DNA of 59,522 bases from an uncultured virus (IMG/VR IMGVR_UViG_3300020048_000045) (taxonomy: Duplodnaviria; Heunggongvirae; Uroviricota; Caudoviricetes). The translations under genes and the position numbers were made by a program. The first letter of the stretch is position 1. Each line of letters starts with the position of its first letter. The notes below the pieces were generated by a model. That model ran no database searches. It worked only from the letters and a program-made list of their open reading frames with translations, and was not told where the DNA came from. Shown here one piece after another: positions 35,220-46,005 of this stretch. The DNA is taken from IMG/VR virus record IMGVR_UViG_3300020048_000045, one strand, 5' to 3'.

Positions 35220-37804
35220 TGGCTATAATTAGATACACCAAAGATGCTACCATCAGGTACGCCTATCTAAACATCTTTCCTGACCAGTTCAAAACAGAGA
35301 AGGAGAAACAAGATGAGAGTTGGGTGAAGAATACAATGGATTACTTTGCAAACAAGGCTTATGCTGAGTATGTGAAGAATCGTGAAACATTTGTAAAAAA
35401 CTATGATCTGATGAAAGGGATCCTTCGTATGGAGGACTTTTATCAGGAACCTGATGTTAAAGACTTTACAGAGATGCTCCAGGCAGATCTATCACTTCCT
35501 TCCTATGTAAAGCACTATTCCATCATCACTACACCAGTCAATGAACTTGTGGGAGAGATCTCCAAGCGTCCTGACACATTCAGGGTGAAAGCATTTGATG
35601 ATGATAGCAGGGCAGAAGAACTGCAATTCAAGACAGATATTCTTCAGCAATATATAATGGCAAATGCTAAAAGGCAAATCCTGGAGAAAGCAATGATGCA
35701 AGGCATTGAGATTGAGGAAGATGAGCTTGAGCAGATGACAATGGACCAGGTGAAGGATGAACTGGACAGTTACACATCCATTGCTGAGAAGTGGGGAAAT
35801 CATACATTGACATGTCAGAAAGCTGAATTCAATCTGAAGGAAAAGAGTGAAGATGCCTTCAGGGACATGCTTGTATCTGCAAGACAATTCTACCATATAT
35901 ATGAAGACAACTCCAAGCTTGGATATAATATAGAAGTAGCCAATCCCAAGAACACATGGTTTTTGACAACCCCTGACAGAAAGTGGATCTCAGATCCTAC
36001 AGGCAGGGCAATAGGAGCGTATGCTGCTGGTACTGTGCAAGTTATGGAGCTCTCTGAAATAATTGAGAGTGTTCCAGACATGACTAAGGAAGAGATTGAT
36101 CACTTACGTTCATCTCTGCAAGACTATGGATTGATCAACGTTCGTGAATCGAATCTTGGTAATCCTAATGCTGCTCCAGGGATTGACTCAGTCCAGTATG
36201 ACACATATGATCCAGCTGTTCTCCAGACAAGGATGATCATTGAATCAGAGATGAAGGAGAACAATGATGGACTCAAAGACTTCCTGGGACTGACATCAAA
36301 TGTTTCCTCATTTGGATACAAATATGTTGTTGTCAGAAGTTATTGGATCTCTAAGAAGAAGATTGGAAAACTCATCTATCTGGATGAGGTGGGAAATGAG
36401 CAATCTATTCTTGTAGATGAGAATTACAAGAATGGCACTATTCCTACACAGCAATCATTGGAATGGGGCTGGATAAATCAATGGTATCAGGGCGTTAAGA
36501 TTGGACCTGACATCTATCACATCAAACCATTCAAACTTCTGCCATATTGTCCTATCATAGGAACTACCTATGAGGTGAAGAATACAGAAGCCAAGAGTCT
36601 TGTGGATCTGATGAAACCATTTCAGGTCTTGTACAATGTCTGTATGAATCAACTCTATCAACTGCTTGAAAAAGAGGTTGGTAAGGTTCAATTAATGTCA
36701 CTCAGGCACATTCCTATTCCTAAAGATGGTGATGCACAGGATGCTCTTGACATGTGGGAACTTGAAGCTCGTAAGCGTGGTGTGGTCTTTATTGATGACT
36801 CTCCTGAGAATCTGAAGAGTCCTTCCAGTTTCAATCAGTTCACAGCTCTTGATCTCACACGCACACAGGAAATACAATCACGTTATACCCTGGCCCAGCA
36901 ACTTAAGAATGAATGTTGGGAGCTAATTGGAATGTCCAGACAGCGTATGGGATCTATAACTTCCTCAGAATCAGCCACTGGCACAAACACAGCTATTCAA
37001 CAATCCTATTCACAAACAGAGCCATTGTTTATTGCACATGAATATGTAATGGGCCAGCTCTATCAGGCAATCATTGATGCTTCCCTATATGTAGAAAGTG
37101 CAAAACCTCAGAGCACATTATCATACATCACTTCTGAGGGAGAATCAGCATTTGTACAAGTGAATGGCTCTGATCTTAAACTCCGTGACCTGAAAGTCTT
37201 CCCAACCAATCGTCCTGAAGACACTCAGATGTTTAATGAACTTCGTTTGCTTGCACAACCTCTTATGCAGAACGGTGGGTCATTGTATGAAGTAGTTGAA
37301 CTCTACTCTACAAAGAGCATGAGGGAAATGAAGAAGACCTTCAAAGAACTGAAAGACAGACAACAAGCTTTACAAGATCAGCAAATGCAACAACAACAGC
37401 AGCAACTTGATCAACAAAGGCAAATTGCTGCAGCTCAAATGGAGCAAGCTCAACAACAGAAGGAGCAGGAAATGGCCAATGAGAACTATCAAGCTGAACT
37501 TGAAAGGATAAATAGGAAGGAGATTGCTCTCATCCAGGCTGAAAGTAAGTTTGGTCCTATGCCTGATGTTGACAAGAGTGGTACTGCTGATGTACTAGAA
37601 ATCAGTAAGTTGGCAACTGAACAGTCAAAAGCTGCCAAAGAATATGAAATGAAAATGTCTGATATTCATAACAAGAATATACAGAGCATGCAGAAGCTCC
37701 AATTGGAAAGAGAAAAGCTTCAAGTGGCAAGGGAGAATATGAAAAACGATCTTGAAATTGCCAAGGAGAATGCCAAAGGGAGAAATAAAACTGCTAAGAA
37801 ATAA
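35219..37804 (+). CDS. Portal protein (crAss-like)
   Basis: 861 aa after TerL; SLVDLMKPFQVLYN, LIGMSRQRMG; Gln-rich coiled-coil C-terminus. Confidence 0.88.
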   Translation: MAIIRYTKDATIRYAYLNIFPDQFKTEKEKQDESWVKNTMDYFANKAYAEYVKNRETFVKNYDLMKGILRMEDFYQEPDVKDFTEMLQADLSLPSYVKHYSIITTPVNELVGEISKRPDTFRVKAFDDDSRAEELQFKTDILQQYIMANAKRQILEKAMMQGIEIEEDELEQMTMDQVKDELDSYTSIAEKWGNHTLTCQKAEFNLKEKSEDAFRDMLVSARQFYHIYEDNSKLGYNIEVANPKNTWFLTTPDRKWISDPTGRAIGAYAAGTVQVMELSEIIESVPDMTKEEIDHLRSSLQDYGLINVRESNLGNPNAAPGIDSVQYDTYDPAVLQTRMIIESEMKENNDGLKDFLGLTSNVSSFGYKYVVVRSYWISKKKIGKLIYLDEVGNEQSILVDENYKNGTIPTQQSLEWGWINQWYQGVKIGPDIYHIKPFKLLPYCPIIGTTYEVKNTEAKSLVDLMKPFQVLYNVCMNQLYQLLEKEVGKVQLMSLRHIPIPKDGDAQDALDMWELEARKRGVVFIDDSPENLKSPSSFNQFTALDLTRTQEIQSRYTLAQQLKNECWELIGMSRQRMGSITSSESATGTNTAIQQSYSQTEPLFIAHEYVMGQLYQAIIDASLYVESAKPQSTLSYITSEGESAFVQVNGSDLKLRDLKVFPTNRPEDTQMFNELRLLAQPLMQNGGSLYEVVELYSTKSMREMKKTFKELKDRQQALQDQQMQQQQQQLDQQRQIAAAQMEQAQQQKEQEMANENYQAELERINRKEIALIQAESKFGPMPDVDKSGTADVLEISKLATEQSKAAKEYEMKMSDIHNKNIQSMQKLQLEREKLQVARENMKNDLEIAKENAKGRNKTAKK

Positions 37805-37875
37805 TTAAATTAGTTAAAAACGAAAATTTTAATGCTATATTATCCAGAATAATCACGGTTATGAGAGGTATTTAC

Positions 37876-37906
37876 TTTGATATGTAATACCTTTCATTTA
37901 CTTTTA
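37876..37906 (+). promoter_or_regulatory. Bacteroidota-type promoter upstream of scaffold/MCP
   Basis: TTTG-N19-TACTTTTA. Confidence 0.55.
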
Positions 37907-37936
37907 CCTTATAAAACCACATAATCATAACTACAT

Positions 37937-39178
37937 ATGGCAGAAATTACAGATAATCCATCATTTTCATTTGGTATTGAGAATACTATGGAAATGGGCA
38001 TGGGAAGTGCAGAATTAATAGAAGGTTTGTTAGGTCCAGAATCATCAACTGGTGATCCAGATAAATTAGAAAAGATCGTCAAAGAAGTGGACGATACACC
38101 TCCTCCTTCCCCTGGTAAGAAAGAACCTCTAAAAGGGCAAGATCCTAAAAAAGAGGAAGAAGAAGACAAAGGCCCGTCAGGTCAAGATCTGATTTCAGGT
38201 TTCCTGGGAGCAGATGAAGACGAAGAAGAGAACATTCAAGAAACTACTACCACCACTGGTAAAGAAAAGAATGTCGAAGATACTACTGAAGATGATAATT
38301 CTGAATCTCAATTCGCTGCATTGTCACGAGATCTTTTAAAACTCGGTGTCTTTACAAAGGAGGAGGATGAAGAAGATCTGGTTGTTAATACTCCTGAAGA
38401 GTTTCTTGAGAAGTTTAATAATGAGAAGAAGAAAGGGGCCATGGAGATTGTTAGCAATTTCATTGGTCAATTTGGTGAGGATTATCAACGTGCATTTGAT
38501 GCCATATATGTTAATGGTGTGGATCCGAGGGAATACTTCGGTACTTATAATAATATAGTTAAGTTCTCTGAATTAGATCTTACACAAGAAACAAATCAGA
38601 TAGCTGTAATTAAACAAGGATTGGCTGATCAGGGATTTGATGAAGAAGACATTGACCCTGAGATCGATAGGATTAAAAACTACGGTGATCTTGAAACAGT
38701 TGCTACAAAGCACCACAAAGTCTTAGTGAAGAAAGAAGCTGTAAAGCTTCAGGAACTGGAACAAAAGGCGAAAGTGGAGCAACAACAAAAGGTAGCATTC
38801 AAAAATCAGTACATCCAGAATGTAAACACAATTCTTCAGGAAAAACTGAAAACTAAAGAGTTTGATGGTATTCCCATTAATCCCAAACTCGCAAGCGAAC
38901 TACAAGACTTCCTCCTGGTTGATAAGTATAAGCTCAATGGTGAAACTCTCACAGATTTTGACCGTTCGATATTAGAGCTAAAAAGACCTGAGAACCATGC
39001 AACGAAAGTGAAAGTTGCATTACTTCTTAAAATCCTTGAAAAAGATCCTACTCTATCCACTATACAACAATCAGGCGTAAGTAAGAAGTCTGATAAGTTG
39101 TTTGGCGAGCTGGCAAGACAAACATCAAAAGTGAGTACTCCTGCCAAGCAAGGAAAAAGTAATTCATGGATTTTATAA
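37937..39178 (+). CDS. Acidic scaffold-like protein preceding MCP
   Basis: Very acidic disordered N-half; conserved position between portal and MCP in crAss-like phages. Confidence 0.6.
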   Translation: MAEITDNPSFSFGIENTMEMGMGSAELIEGLLGPESSTGDPDKLEKIVKEVDDTPPPSPGKKEPLKGQDPKKEEEEDKGPSGQDLISGFLGADEDEEENIQETTTTTGKEKNVEDTTEDDNSESQFAALSRDLLKLGVFTKEEDEEDLVVNTPEEFLEKFNNEKKKGAMEIVSNFIGQFGEDYQRAFDAIYVNGVDPREYFGTYNNIVKFSELDLTQETNQIAVIKQGLADQGFDEEDIDPEIDRIKNYGDLETVATKHHKVLVKKEAVKLQELEQKAKVEQQQKVAFKNQYIQNVNTILQEKLKTKEFDGIPINPKLASELQDFLLVDKYKLNGETLTDFDRSILELKRPENHATKVKVALLLKILEKDPTLSTIQQSGVSKKSDKLFGELARQTSKVSTPAKQGKSNSWIL

Positions 39179-39197
39179 CAATTAAAATTTAGACACA

Positions 39198-40748
39198 ATG
39201 ATTCAAACAATCCCAGGTTTAACTGGATTTACGTATGCTCGTGTTGCCTCAATGGACAAACGGGCTGTTGGTAAGCTTACCGACTCTAATCACCTGGAAT
39301 CATTCCACAGCACAGAGCCTGCTGATTATGACAAGAAGATCATCTCCTTGTACACTCAAAGTTCTCTGTACAGTAATGACTTCCTGGACATGATCAACAA
39401 AAGCACACCTTATTACATTGATAATAATAGTGATGCTTGGAAATGGCAGATCGCTGTTCCGTACAAATTCCCGAAGATTATTGACATTCCTACCAGCACA
39501 GCAGATCTGAGCAAACCTGGTATTGATGGTCAAGAATTCCAATTGGTACTTGACACTAACGAGTTCTCTAAGAACGCTATTGTTGCTGTTGGATCTCGTC
39601 AGTATGGTCCACGCTTGTATGTTATCAAGGATCCAGTGCCTTGGAATATGGGCTACCTCTACACCTTCACTCTGGTGTCAGATAACCCGATGATTGACTT
39701 TATTTCCAGTACCTTCCTGCAAGTTGGTATTGAACTGGAATTGGTTGATGCTGCTATTGGTGAATTTGATCAAGATCTTTTGGGTCTGCCACGTTTGGGT
39801 GAGCAAATTACCATGTTCGAATCTCTTGGCTCTGCCTATGGTTATGAGCACAAGATTACTGAATGGGCTGATGATAGGATGATGCGTGACGCTGCTGGTA
39901 AGCCACTTGACATTCTCGTCTATGCTCCTCAACGGAGGAATCAACTTCCTCTCACTCGCAACGATGTTAAATGGGAACCGTTTGTTGAGTTCTGGATGCG
40001 TAAGAGCATGCTTGAGCTGAAAGTTAAACGTATGATCTGGTCTAAGCCAGGTACAGTTAAAACTGATGGTTCTCGTCAAGAACTGAAACGTACATCTGCT
40101 GGTGTATACCACAGGATGCGTAACAATGGTAACCTGGTTCAATACAACCGTGGTGAATTCTCTGCCAACCTGATTCGTTCGGTGTTTGGTGATCTGTTCT
40201 ATAGGCGTGTTGATGTGAAAGACCGTAGGGTCAAAATGTACACCAACGAAGCTGGATTTGACGTATTCCAACAAGCTTTGAAGAATGACGCTCTCAACAG
40301 TGGTCTGACCTTCATGGCTGATTCTGGAAACCGTTACATGCAGGGCGAAGGCCAGCATATCACTTACAACTTTGCATTTGATGCAATGGTTACTCGTGAA
40401 ACTGGTCGTGTTGAACTGATCCACCTGAAAGAACTTGACTTGCCACAAAGCAATCTTGAGTTTGGACAGAATAAAAAATCTACTCCTGTCTTCATGGTAT
40501 TTGATGTTTCTCCTATGAGCGATGGCTCTATGATTAACAACATTCGTGAGGTAAGGCTGAAAGGTGCTCCTTCCATGACTTGGGGATATATCGATGGTAC
40601 TCGTCACCACTTAGGCTTTGCTAAGTCTCAAGGTATGAGCTCTGCCAACAAGTTCCCAGGATATGAAATCTGGATGAAAGACCGTTGTGATGTATTCATT
40701 GAAGACTTGTCTCGTACAGTCTTGATTGAAGAAATCCCACAATTCTAA
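39198..40748 (+). CDS. Major capsid protein (crAss-like)
   Basis: 516 aa, strong codon bias, position after portal/scaffold, followed by strong hairpins. Confidence 0.85.
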   Translation: MIQTIPGLTGFTYARVASMDKRAVGKLTDSNHLESFHSTEPADYDKKIISLYTQSSLYSNDFLDMINKSTPYYIDNNSDAWKWQIAVPYKFPKIIDIPTSTADLSKPGIDGQEFQLVLDTNEFSKNAIVAVGSRQYGPRLYVIKDPVPWNMGYLYTFTLVSDNPMIDFISSTFLQVGIELELVDAAIGEFDQDLLGLPRLGEQITMFESLGSAYGYEHKITEWADDRMMRDAAGKPLDILVYAPQRRNQLPLTRNDVKWEPFVEFWMRKSMLELKVKRMIWSKPGTVKTDGSRQELKRTSAGVYHRMRNNGNLVQYNRGEFSANLIRSVFGDLFYRRVDVKDRRVKMYTNEAGFDVFQQALKNDALNSGLTFMADSGNRYMQGEGQHITYNFAFDAMVTRETGRVELIHLKELDLPQSNLEFGQNKKSTPVFMVFDVSPMSDGSMINNIREVRLKGAPSMTWGYIDGTRHHLGFAKSQGMSSANKFPGYEIWMKDRCDVFIEDLSRTVLIEEIPQF

Positions 40749-40771
40749 GCTCCGTTTTTTACACCTCCCCA

Positions 40772-40819
40772 GAGAAGATCTCTACCTCCCCCTAGGTTTC
40801 TCCTAGGGGGGATCTTCTC
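40772..40819 (+). terminator. Hairpin after MCP
   Basis: GAGAAGATC...CCCCCTAGG-TTTCT-CCTAGGGGG...GATCTTCTC. Confidence 0.6.
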
Positions 40820-40903
40820 AAATTTAGAGATGACAAGATCGAAAGATGCTTAGAGGTTCGTTCCTCACATCTCACTGAAAACCAATATAATAAATAACTA
40901 CAT

Positions 40904-41869
40904 ATGGGTAAGATAGGCAAAATCTCAGTAATACGTAAAGAGTACGGATCCTCTTTACAGACTATGCAAAGTGAACTTGCAAGGCAAGGTATGACAAGGA
41001 TTCCTGGAACAGGAGTCTTTAAGTATCCTTACAAAGAGTTGGATGGCAAATACAGGACAGGACTAGATCCTGATGCTGCTTACATCAAACGAATTGCAGA
41101 TCCTCTGGAAAAAGAACTTGAAATCGAACGTGTCACTAAGCTCAGGAAGAAACTTGAGGAAGCTCTTGGTGATGTAGATCTTGGTCCTCGTTCAAGCTTC
41201 TGGAACTATGGGTTATCAACTTCTAGTGATGATCAACGACATGTACAGCCTGCAAAGCTGTTGGATGGTGACAATTTATTTGATCTTTCCATTCCTTTCC
41301 AAGAACTTGCATTTTCATGGCTTAGGGTCCATCCTACGATTGCATCAAGTCTTCAGGCTTATGAACGTGGGGAATATCCTGCAGAAACACAATTTTATGT
41401 TGCTGACGATGAGATCGAAAATGCAGTGATCTTCAGGAAGAAACAAATGATCAATAAGGCAATCGCCAAATTTGATTCCATGACACCTGATAAGAAACGT
41501 AAAGTTGCAAGGTTACTGGGATTACCAGTTACAGAAGACTCGAAAGAAGAAGTTGTATATAATCTGGTTGACAACACGCTTAAACAAACTGAATTCAAAA
41601 CTGGCAAATACCAGGGATTATCCACAATTGAAGTGTTTAATCGATTTGCTGATATGAAGGAAGACTTACTCCATGTGAAAGATTTAGTCAAACAAGCTAT
41701 TGCTCACTCTATTTACAGAGTACGCCCAAGTGGTAAAATCTATGAAGGAGAGTTTGAAGTGGCAAAAGATGAGGATGATCTGGTTAAATTCCTCATTGAT
41801 GACGATAACCAAGACGAATTGTTAACCTTGGAAGGCAAATTGAAAACTAAGAAAATAGCTGCAGTATGA
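40904..41869 (+). CDS. Conserved crAss-like morphogenesis protein
   Basis: 321 aa downstream of MCP; WLRVHPTIA motif. Confidence 0.65.
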   Translation: MGKIGKISVIRKEYGSSLQTMQSELARQGMTRIPGTGVFKYPYKELDGKYRTGLDPDAAYIKRIADPLEKELEIERVTKLRKKLEEALGDVDLGPRSSFWNYGLSTSSDDQRHVQPAKLLDGDNLFDLSIPFQELAFSWLRVHPTIASSLQAYERGEYPAETQFYVADDEIENAVIFRKKQMINKAIAKFDSMTPDKKRKVARLLGLPVTEDSKEEVVYNLVDNTLKQTEFKTGKYQGLSTIEVFNRFADMKEDLLHVKDLVKQAIAHSIYRVRPSGKIYEGEFEVAKDEDDLVKFLIDDDNQDELLTLEGKLKTKKIAAV

Positions 41870-42597
41870 TACCCGTAGATAGTTTATTATATAAGATTGA
41901 CCAGAAACTAAATAAGCTATCGACAAACGACCATCAGAGAATCCAGCTTGAAGATAAGATCTTAGCTCTTAATGAGGCACAGATAAAATTAATAAAGCAG
42001 AAGATGGACGGTACACCGACAGCTTCTGGTCTTGGGATGGACGCTTTCAAGAAGCGTTATGAGGATCTACAGAGGTTAATGGAAATGTATGAAGATCATA
42101 AACTTCCACTAACTCTCACAAATTCTGAACTAAATAAGTGGACAGCTTCCCTGATAGGAATCACGCCAGCCTACATGTTCTATGCAGATAGTTATGTATT
42201 AGCTGATAAAGGGAGATGTAAGAACAGGATTATCTGGATCAATCAGGACCTGGCAAAGCATGGTGATATATCTCTTCTTCTGAAGAACGATCACTACAAG
42301 CCATCCTTCGAATACCAGGAGACTTTCAACTTCATCTCATCTGATGAGATTTCTATATTTACAGATGGAACATTTACACCAACTGCCCTGTATCTTTCTT
42401 ATATAAGATATCCTAAGTATATCGATAAAGCAGGATACATTAAGCTTGATGGCACTCCCTCTGCAGATCAGGATTGTGAACTCAAGAACTATCTAGAGGA
42501 TGAACTTCTGGATCTTGCAGTTCAAAATCTTGCAATGTATACAGAGAACAGTGCTGCTGTCCAAAGTTCTCAGTTCAGAATACAAACAAATGAATAA
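41866..42597 (+). CDS. Putative head-tail connector ring protein
   Basis: LNEAQIKLIKQK, YLSYIRYP, CELKNYLEDELLDLAV pattern. Confidence 0.6.
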   Translation: MIPVDSLLYKIDQKLNKLSTNDHQRIQLEDKILALNEAQIKLIKQKMDGTPTASGLGMDAFKKRYEDLQRLMEMYEDHKLPLTLTNSELNKWTASLIGITPAYMFYADSYVLADKGRCKNRIIWINQDLAKHGDISLLLKNDHYKPSFEYQETFNFISSDEISIFTDGTFTPTALYLSYIRYPKYIDKAGYIKLDGTPSADQDCELKNYLEDELLDLAVQNLAMYTENSAAVQSSQFRIQTNE

Positions 42598-42636
42598 CTG
42601 GTTTTTATATATTCACACAATTTAAATTAAACAAAG

Positions 42637-43827
42637 ATGGATTTTTCTTTAACTACTGTGTTCGTAGTTCCAGTAGGGCAAACTACACTCCCTAGCTCTG
42701 GCTCTACGCAAGACCTTACTGCTGGTCAGGTTGGGGTCTTCTTGAATGACTATTCTGTAGCAACTGATGCAAACATCGCTGCAGCTCCTTATTTCTACAT
42801 TGCACAAGGTAGGAGCAATACCTATCTGCAAGGAAGTAAAAGGTCTGACAAAATTAAAGGCTGCACTATTGGTGCTCCCTGTAATTCTAATGTGACTGAA
42901 TGGTACAAAGTATCTGGATGTCCTACTCCTGTTAATCAGGTAACTGATGTTGCTGGTTGGAATGTAAAATGTGGTGACATTGTTACCCTGACTTTACGTG
43001 CTCACTCTAGCTATCTTGACACTCTGTATTTCAATGGTTTCACTCGTTCAGTAACTGTTCAGGCTCCTTGCTGCGATTGTGGTGGTGATCCTTGTACAAC
43101 TGTTGATGTTCCTGGTTTGATCGATGCATTCATTGCAAAATTGACTGCAACAGCTCCTGACTTCCTTGGCGGAGACACTACTGGAACGAACCCAGATAAC
43201 ATCAATCTGAATCAATTCTACCAATTCCAACGTGTTGGTGATGATGTAAACGCTATTCTGCGTATCTCTGGTAAGCCGTTAACCAAATATGGCCAGCCTT
43301 GTGACGTTGCTGCCTTCCCGTTTGAATATGACAGGATGTGGTTCCGTACATTCGTGTACAGTGGTCCTGCTACTACAGCTGACTTCATCGTTGCAGACAA
43401 CTGTAACATTGTTGCTGAGTCTATCGTTACTCAACGTGCTTCTTATGCCACTGGTACTTCTGAAGAGATCGCTCAACTTGAGAAGAACTACTACAGCTAT
43501 CAGGCTGGTTATCTGAAGCATCTGTACAGGATTTCTGGTTACAATGGTAACTTTGAAAGCTGGGTTTCTTCTGGCCAGGCGTATGACACCTACTACATCA
43601 AGTTTAACGACTTGAGTAAGTCTGCAGGAAACTGGGGCGACTATATCAAGGAAGATAGCATGGTGATCATTGCTGCTGTTGCTGGTGGTGCATTTGCTAC
43701 TGCTCTTCAAACTGTCCTGGAAGCTGCTCTTGGTGAAGTTGCTGATGATAACCTCTGTGTTACCACCACATCAACAACCACTCAGGCCTTCACTACTACA
43801 TCAACGACAACTACGTTGATTCCGTAA
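42637..43827 (+). CDS. Abundant virion structural protein (auxiliary capsid-like) with poly-Thr tail
   Basis: MCP-like codon bias, own terminator, C-terminal TTTSTTT tract. Confidence 0.6.
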   Translation: MDFSLTTVFVVPVGQTTLPSSGSTQDLTAGQVGVFLNDYSVATDANIAAAPYFYIAQGRSNTYLQGSKRSDKIKGCTIGAPCNSNVTEWYKVSGCPTPVNQVTDVAGWNVKCGDIVTLTLRAHSSYLDTLYFNGFTRSVTVQAPCCDCGGDPCTTVDVPGLIDAFIAKLTATAPDFLGGDTTGTNPDNINLNQFYQFQRVGDDVNAILRISGKPLTKYGQPCDVAAFPFEYDRMWFRTFVYSGPATTADFIVADNCNIVAESIVTQRASYATGTSEEIAQLEKNYYSYQAGYLKHLYRISGYNGNFESWVSSGQAYDTYYIKFNDLSKSAGNWGDYIKEDSMVIIAAVAGGAFATALQTVLEAALGEVADDNLCVTTTSTTTQAFTTTSTTTTLIP

Positions 43828-43853
43828 GGACCTTTCATAACTAGTATATAACC

Positions 43854-43904
43854 TATGCCAGAGGGTACGAGAGGATCTCTCAAATCCTCTGGCATAATTA
43901 TTTT
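43854..43904 (+). terminator. Rho-independent terminator
   Basis: TATGCCAGAGG...CCTCTGGCATA then ATTATTTT. Confidence 0.7.
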
Positions 43905-43910
43905 AAAGAC

Positions 43911-44480
43911 ATGTCAACTCCAGTACTTGATATACTTGTAATTCCAACATACAATACGAAGACTCTGGGGATAGCAGATGCTTCTACTTATCCTACTCCT
44001 CCTCCTGATGTATTGTCTCCCACTATTGAGATAACTGTTCCAGGTTTTGGGATGGTTTCTCTTGCATTTAACATGGATGACTTTAATGTTTACACATCCA
44101 GTACATTAGGTATTACTGCATTAGGAGATTCTTTACTACCTCTTCCTGATGGAATTTATCAGTTGAAATATCAAGCTCAATATAATGCTGTCTGGTATTC
44201 TGTAGAGAAATCAATTATGCGTGTTGATAAGATACAGGAGAAGTTTGATGCTGCATTTATGAAGCTTGATATGATGGAATGTGATAAGGCAATAAAGACT
44301 CAGGCCAAGGTAGATCTTAACAGTATTTATTTCTTCATTCAGGGAGCCGTAGCAGCTGCAAATAACTGTGCAGTGGTCGAAGCTGAGAAATTATATGCTA
44401 CGGCAGATAAGATGCTCAATCGCTTTATTTCGGGCAATTGTGGCTGTTCTGGAAATAACTATGTAATAAACTTTAATTAA
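43911..44480 (+). CDS. Virion structural protein (tail hub/fibre attachment-like)
   Basis: LPDGIYQLKY motif, C-terminal CGC; structural module. Confidence 0.55.
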   Translation: MSTPVLDILVIPTYNTKTLGIADASTYPTPPPDVLSPTIEITVPGFGMVSLAFNMDDFNVYTSSTLGITALGDSLLPLPDGIYQLKYQAQYNAVWYSVEKSIMRVDKIQEKFDAAFMKLDMMECDKAIKTQAKVDLNSIYFFIQGAVAAANNCAVVEAEKLYATADKMLNRFISGNCGCSGNNYVINFN

Positions 44481-44481
44481 T

Positions 44482-44580
44482 ATGGCAACGTGTAAAAAAT
44501 GTGGTGCCAACGTAGGGTGTGGGTGCCAATTGAAAAATGGACTATGTGCAGCATGTGCTGCTCAACAACCTAAAAAATAA
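44482..44580 (+). CDS. 32-aa Cys-rich peptide
   Basis: Manual ORF MATCKKCGANVGCGCQLKNGLCAACAAQQPKK exactly fills the intergenic space. Confidence 0.65.
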   Translation: MATCKKCGANVGCGCQLKNGLCAACAAQQPKK

Positions 44581-44585
44581 AGATC

Positions 44586-44852
44586 ATGCTAACACCTAGG
44601 CTTACTAATTGTACAGAATGTGCTTCGATTCCTGTTCTTCTTGCAGATATTGAATGTAAGATAGTGGAGTTGGCAAAGAAAATGTATAATAATACAATAT
44701 TCTCTTTAAACCAGCCCATAGACGGGAATGTCATGTTTGATCTCTTAAACTATAAGAGAATTTTGACATACAAATATTGCAATTCTGACTATGCCAGTAT
44801 ATTTACTGTTGACATGATAGCTAGTAAAGTTAAACTTTTAAAATTCAAATAA
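44586..44852 (+). CDS. Hypothetical structural protein
   Basis: ORF packing in the tail module. Confidence 0.6.
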   Translation: MLTPRLTNCTECASIPVLLADIECKIVELAKKMYNNTIFSLNQPIDGNVMFDLLNYKRILTYKYCNSDYASIFTVDMIASKVKLLKFK

Positions 44853-46004
44853 ATGAGTTGCTCAAATTGTTTTAATGGCTGTCCTGAGATTGTCTCAGAT
44901 CAGTGTGTCAAATATACAGGACTATCGATTCCAGCACTAGGAATAACCAATGGAGATACTCTCTCAAAAGTTGAGGAGCAATTGACCACATATCTGACAT
45001 CTGTGTTGGATGGAACAGGAATCTATCCAACATTCGATGCAGGGATAGTATGTACATTAATTTCTGATCTCTTTGCTGAATATCCCAATCCTAATCTGGT
45101 AGATGTATTGTCTATTCTAATCAGGGCTACTTGTGATCTTCAAGCACAGATTACAGATGTTGTGGCTGATGTAGCTACAATTGAAGCTGATTACACAGTT
45201 GGTTGTCTTGCTGGAGTTGTTCCATCCTCAGGAACACATGATATTCTTCAGGCTGTAATTACCAATCTGTGTGCGTTGAACACAAGTGTTGGAGCTCTTG
45301 CATTAAATCTTTCCACTAATTATTCCAGTAATGGTGCAGAATTAGATGCTTATATTGCTAATTATCTGACAGCACATACGAATAGTTCAACAAAGATGTA
45401 TAACAAGATGGTTCCCTATGTAGCCTATCCATTCTTTGGTGATATTACAGGGAAGTTTGGTGCCTATGGTGTTGGTATAGCAGGAACAGATTGGGAGAAG
45501 ATTTATCTCTGTAATGGATATAATAGTCTCACTCCTGATATGAGGGGAAGGATGCCTGTAGGAGATACAAATATGATGGGGGCTTTTCCAGCAGATGCTG
45601 CAGTTCTTCCAGGTGGATATAATCCTGTATATACAGCTACATTCTTAAACTGGGATAAGAGAGGTGCTAATTCAGTGTATCTTAATGCAAGCCAGATGCC
45701 TGAGCATACACATGCTCTAACAGTTATTCTTAACAATCCTACTCATACACACTACACCGTATTGAATAACGGTGCTTATTCTGCTCTTAGTAGTACAAAT
45801 ACTATTAAAAAGGCACATGTATATGGCTACAATGCAGATTATGATCTTGCAGGAACAATTGGAACACCAAATATTGGTATAACAAGTCCTGAATCTGCCA
45901 ATGTTTCTGTTGCTTCTGCAGTTGCTGCCAATGCTGGAAGTGGTCTTGCACATGCAAATAATCAACCAGCAATTGCTTGTTTCTATATAATGTATATTCC
46001 TTAA
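44853..46004 (+). CDS. Tail fibre protein with collar domain
   Basis: YLCNG...PDMRGRMPVG collar motif, QMPEHTH, HANNQP...FYIMYIP tip. Confidence 0.75.
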   Translation: MSCSNCFNGCPEIVSDQCVKYTGLSIPALGITNGDTLSKVEEQLTTYLTSVLDGTGIYPTFDAGIVCTLISDLFAEYPNPNLVDVLSILIRATCDLQAQITDVVADVATIEADYTVGCLAGVVPSSGTHDILQAVITNLCALNTSVGALALNLSTNYSSNGAELDAYIANYLTAHTNSSTKMYNKMVPYVAYPFFGDITGKFGAYGVGIAGTDWEKIYLCNGYNSLTPDMRGRMPVGDTNMMGAFPADAAVLPGGYNPVYTATFLNWDKRGANSVYLNASQMPEHTHALTVILNNPTHTHYTVLNNGAYSALSSTNTIKKAHVYGYNADYDLAGTIGTPNIGITSPESANVSVASAVAANAGSGLAHANNQPAIACFYIMYIP

Positions 46005-46005
46005 T

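Noticed and set aside
39678..40610. 310-aa antisense ORF inside MCP
   Set aside because: Shadow of the strong codon bias of the capsid gene; no recognisable motifs
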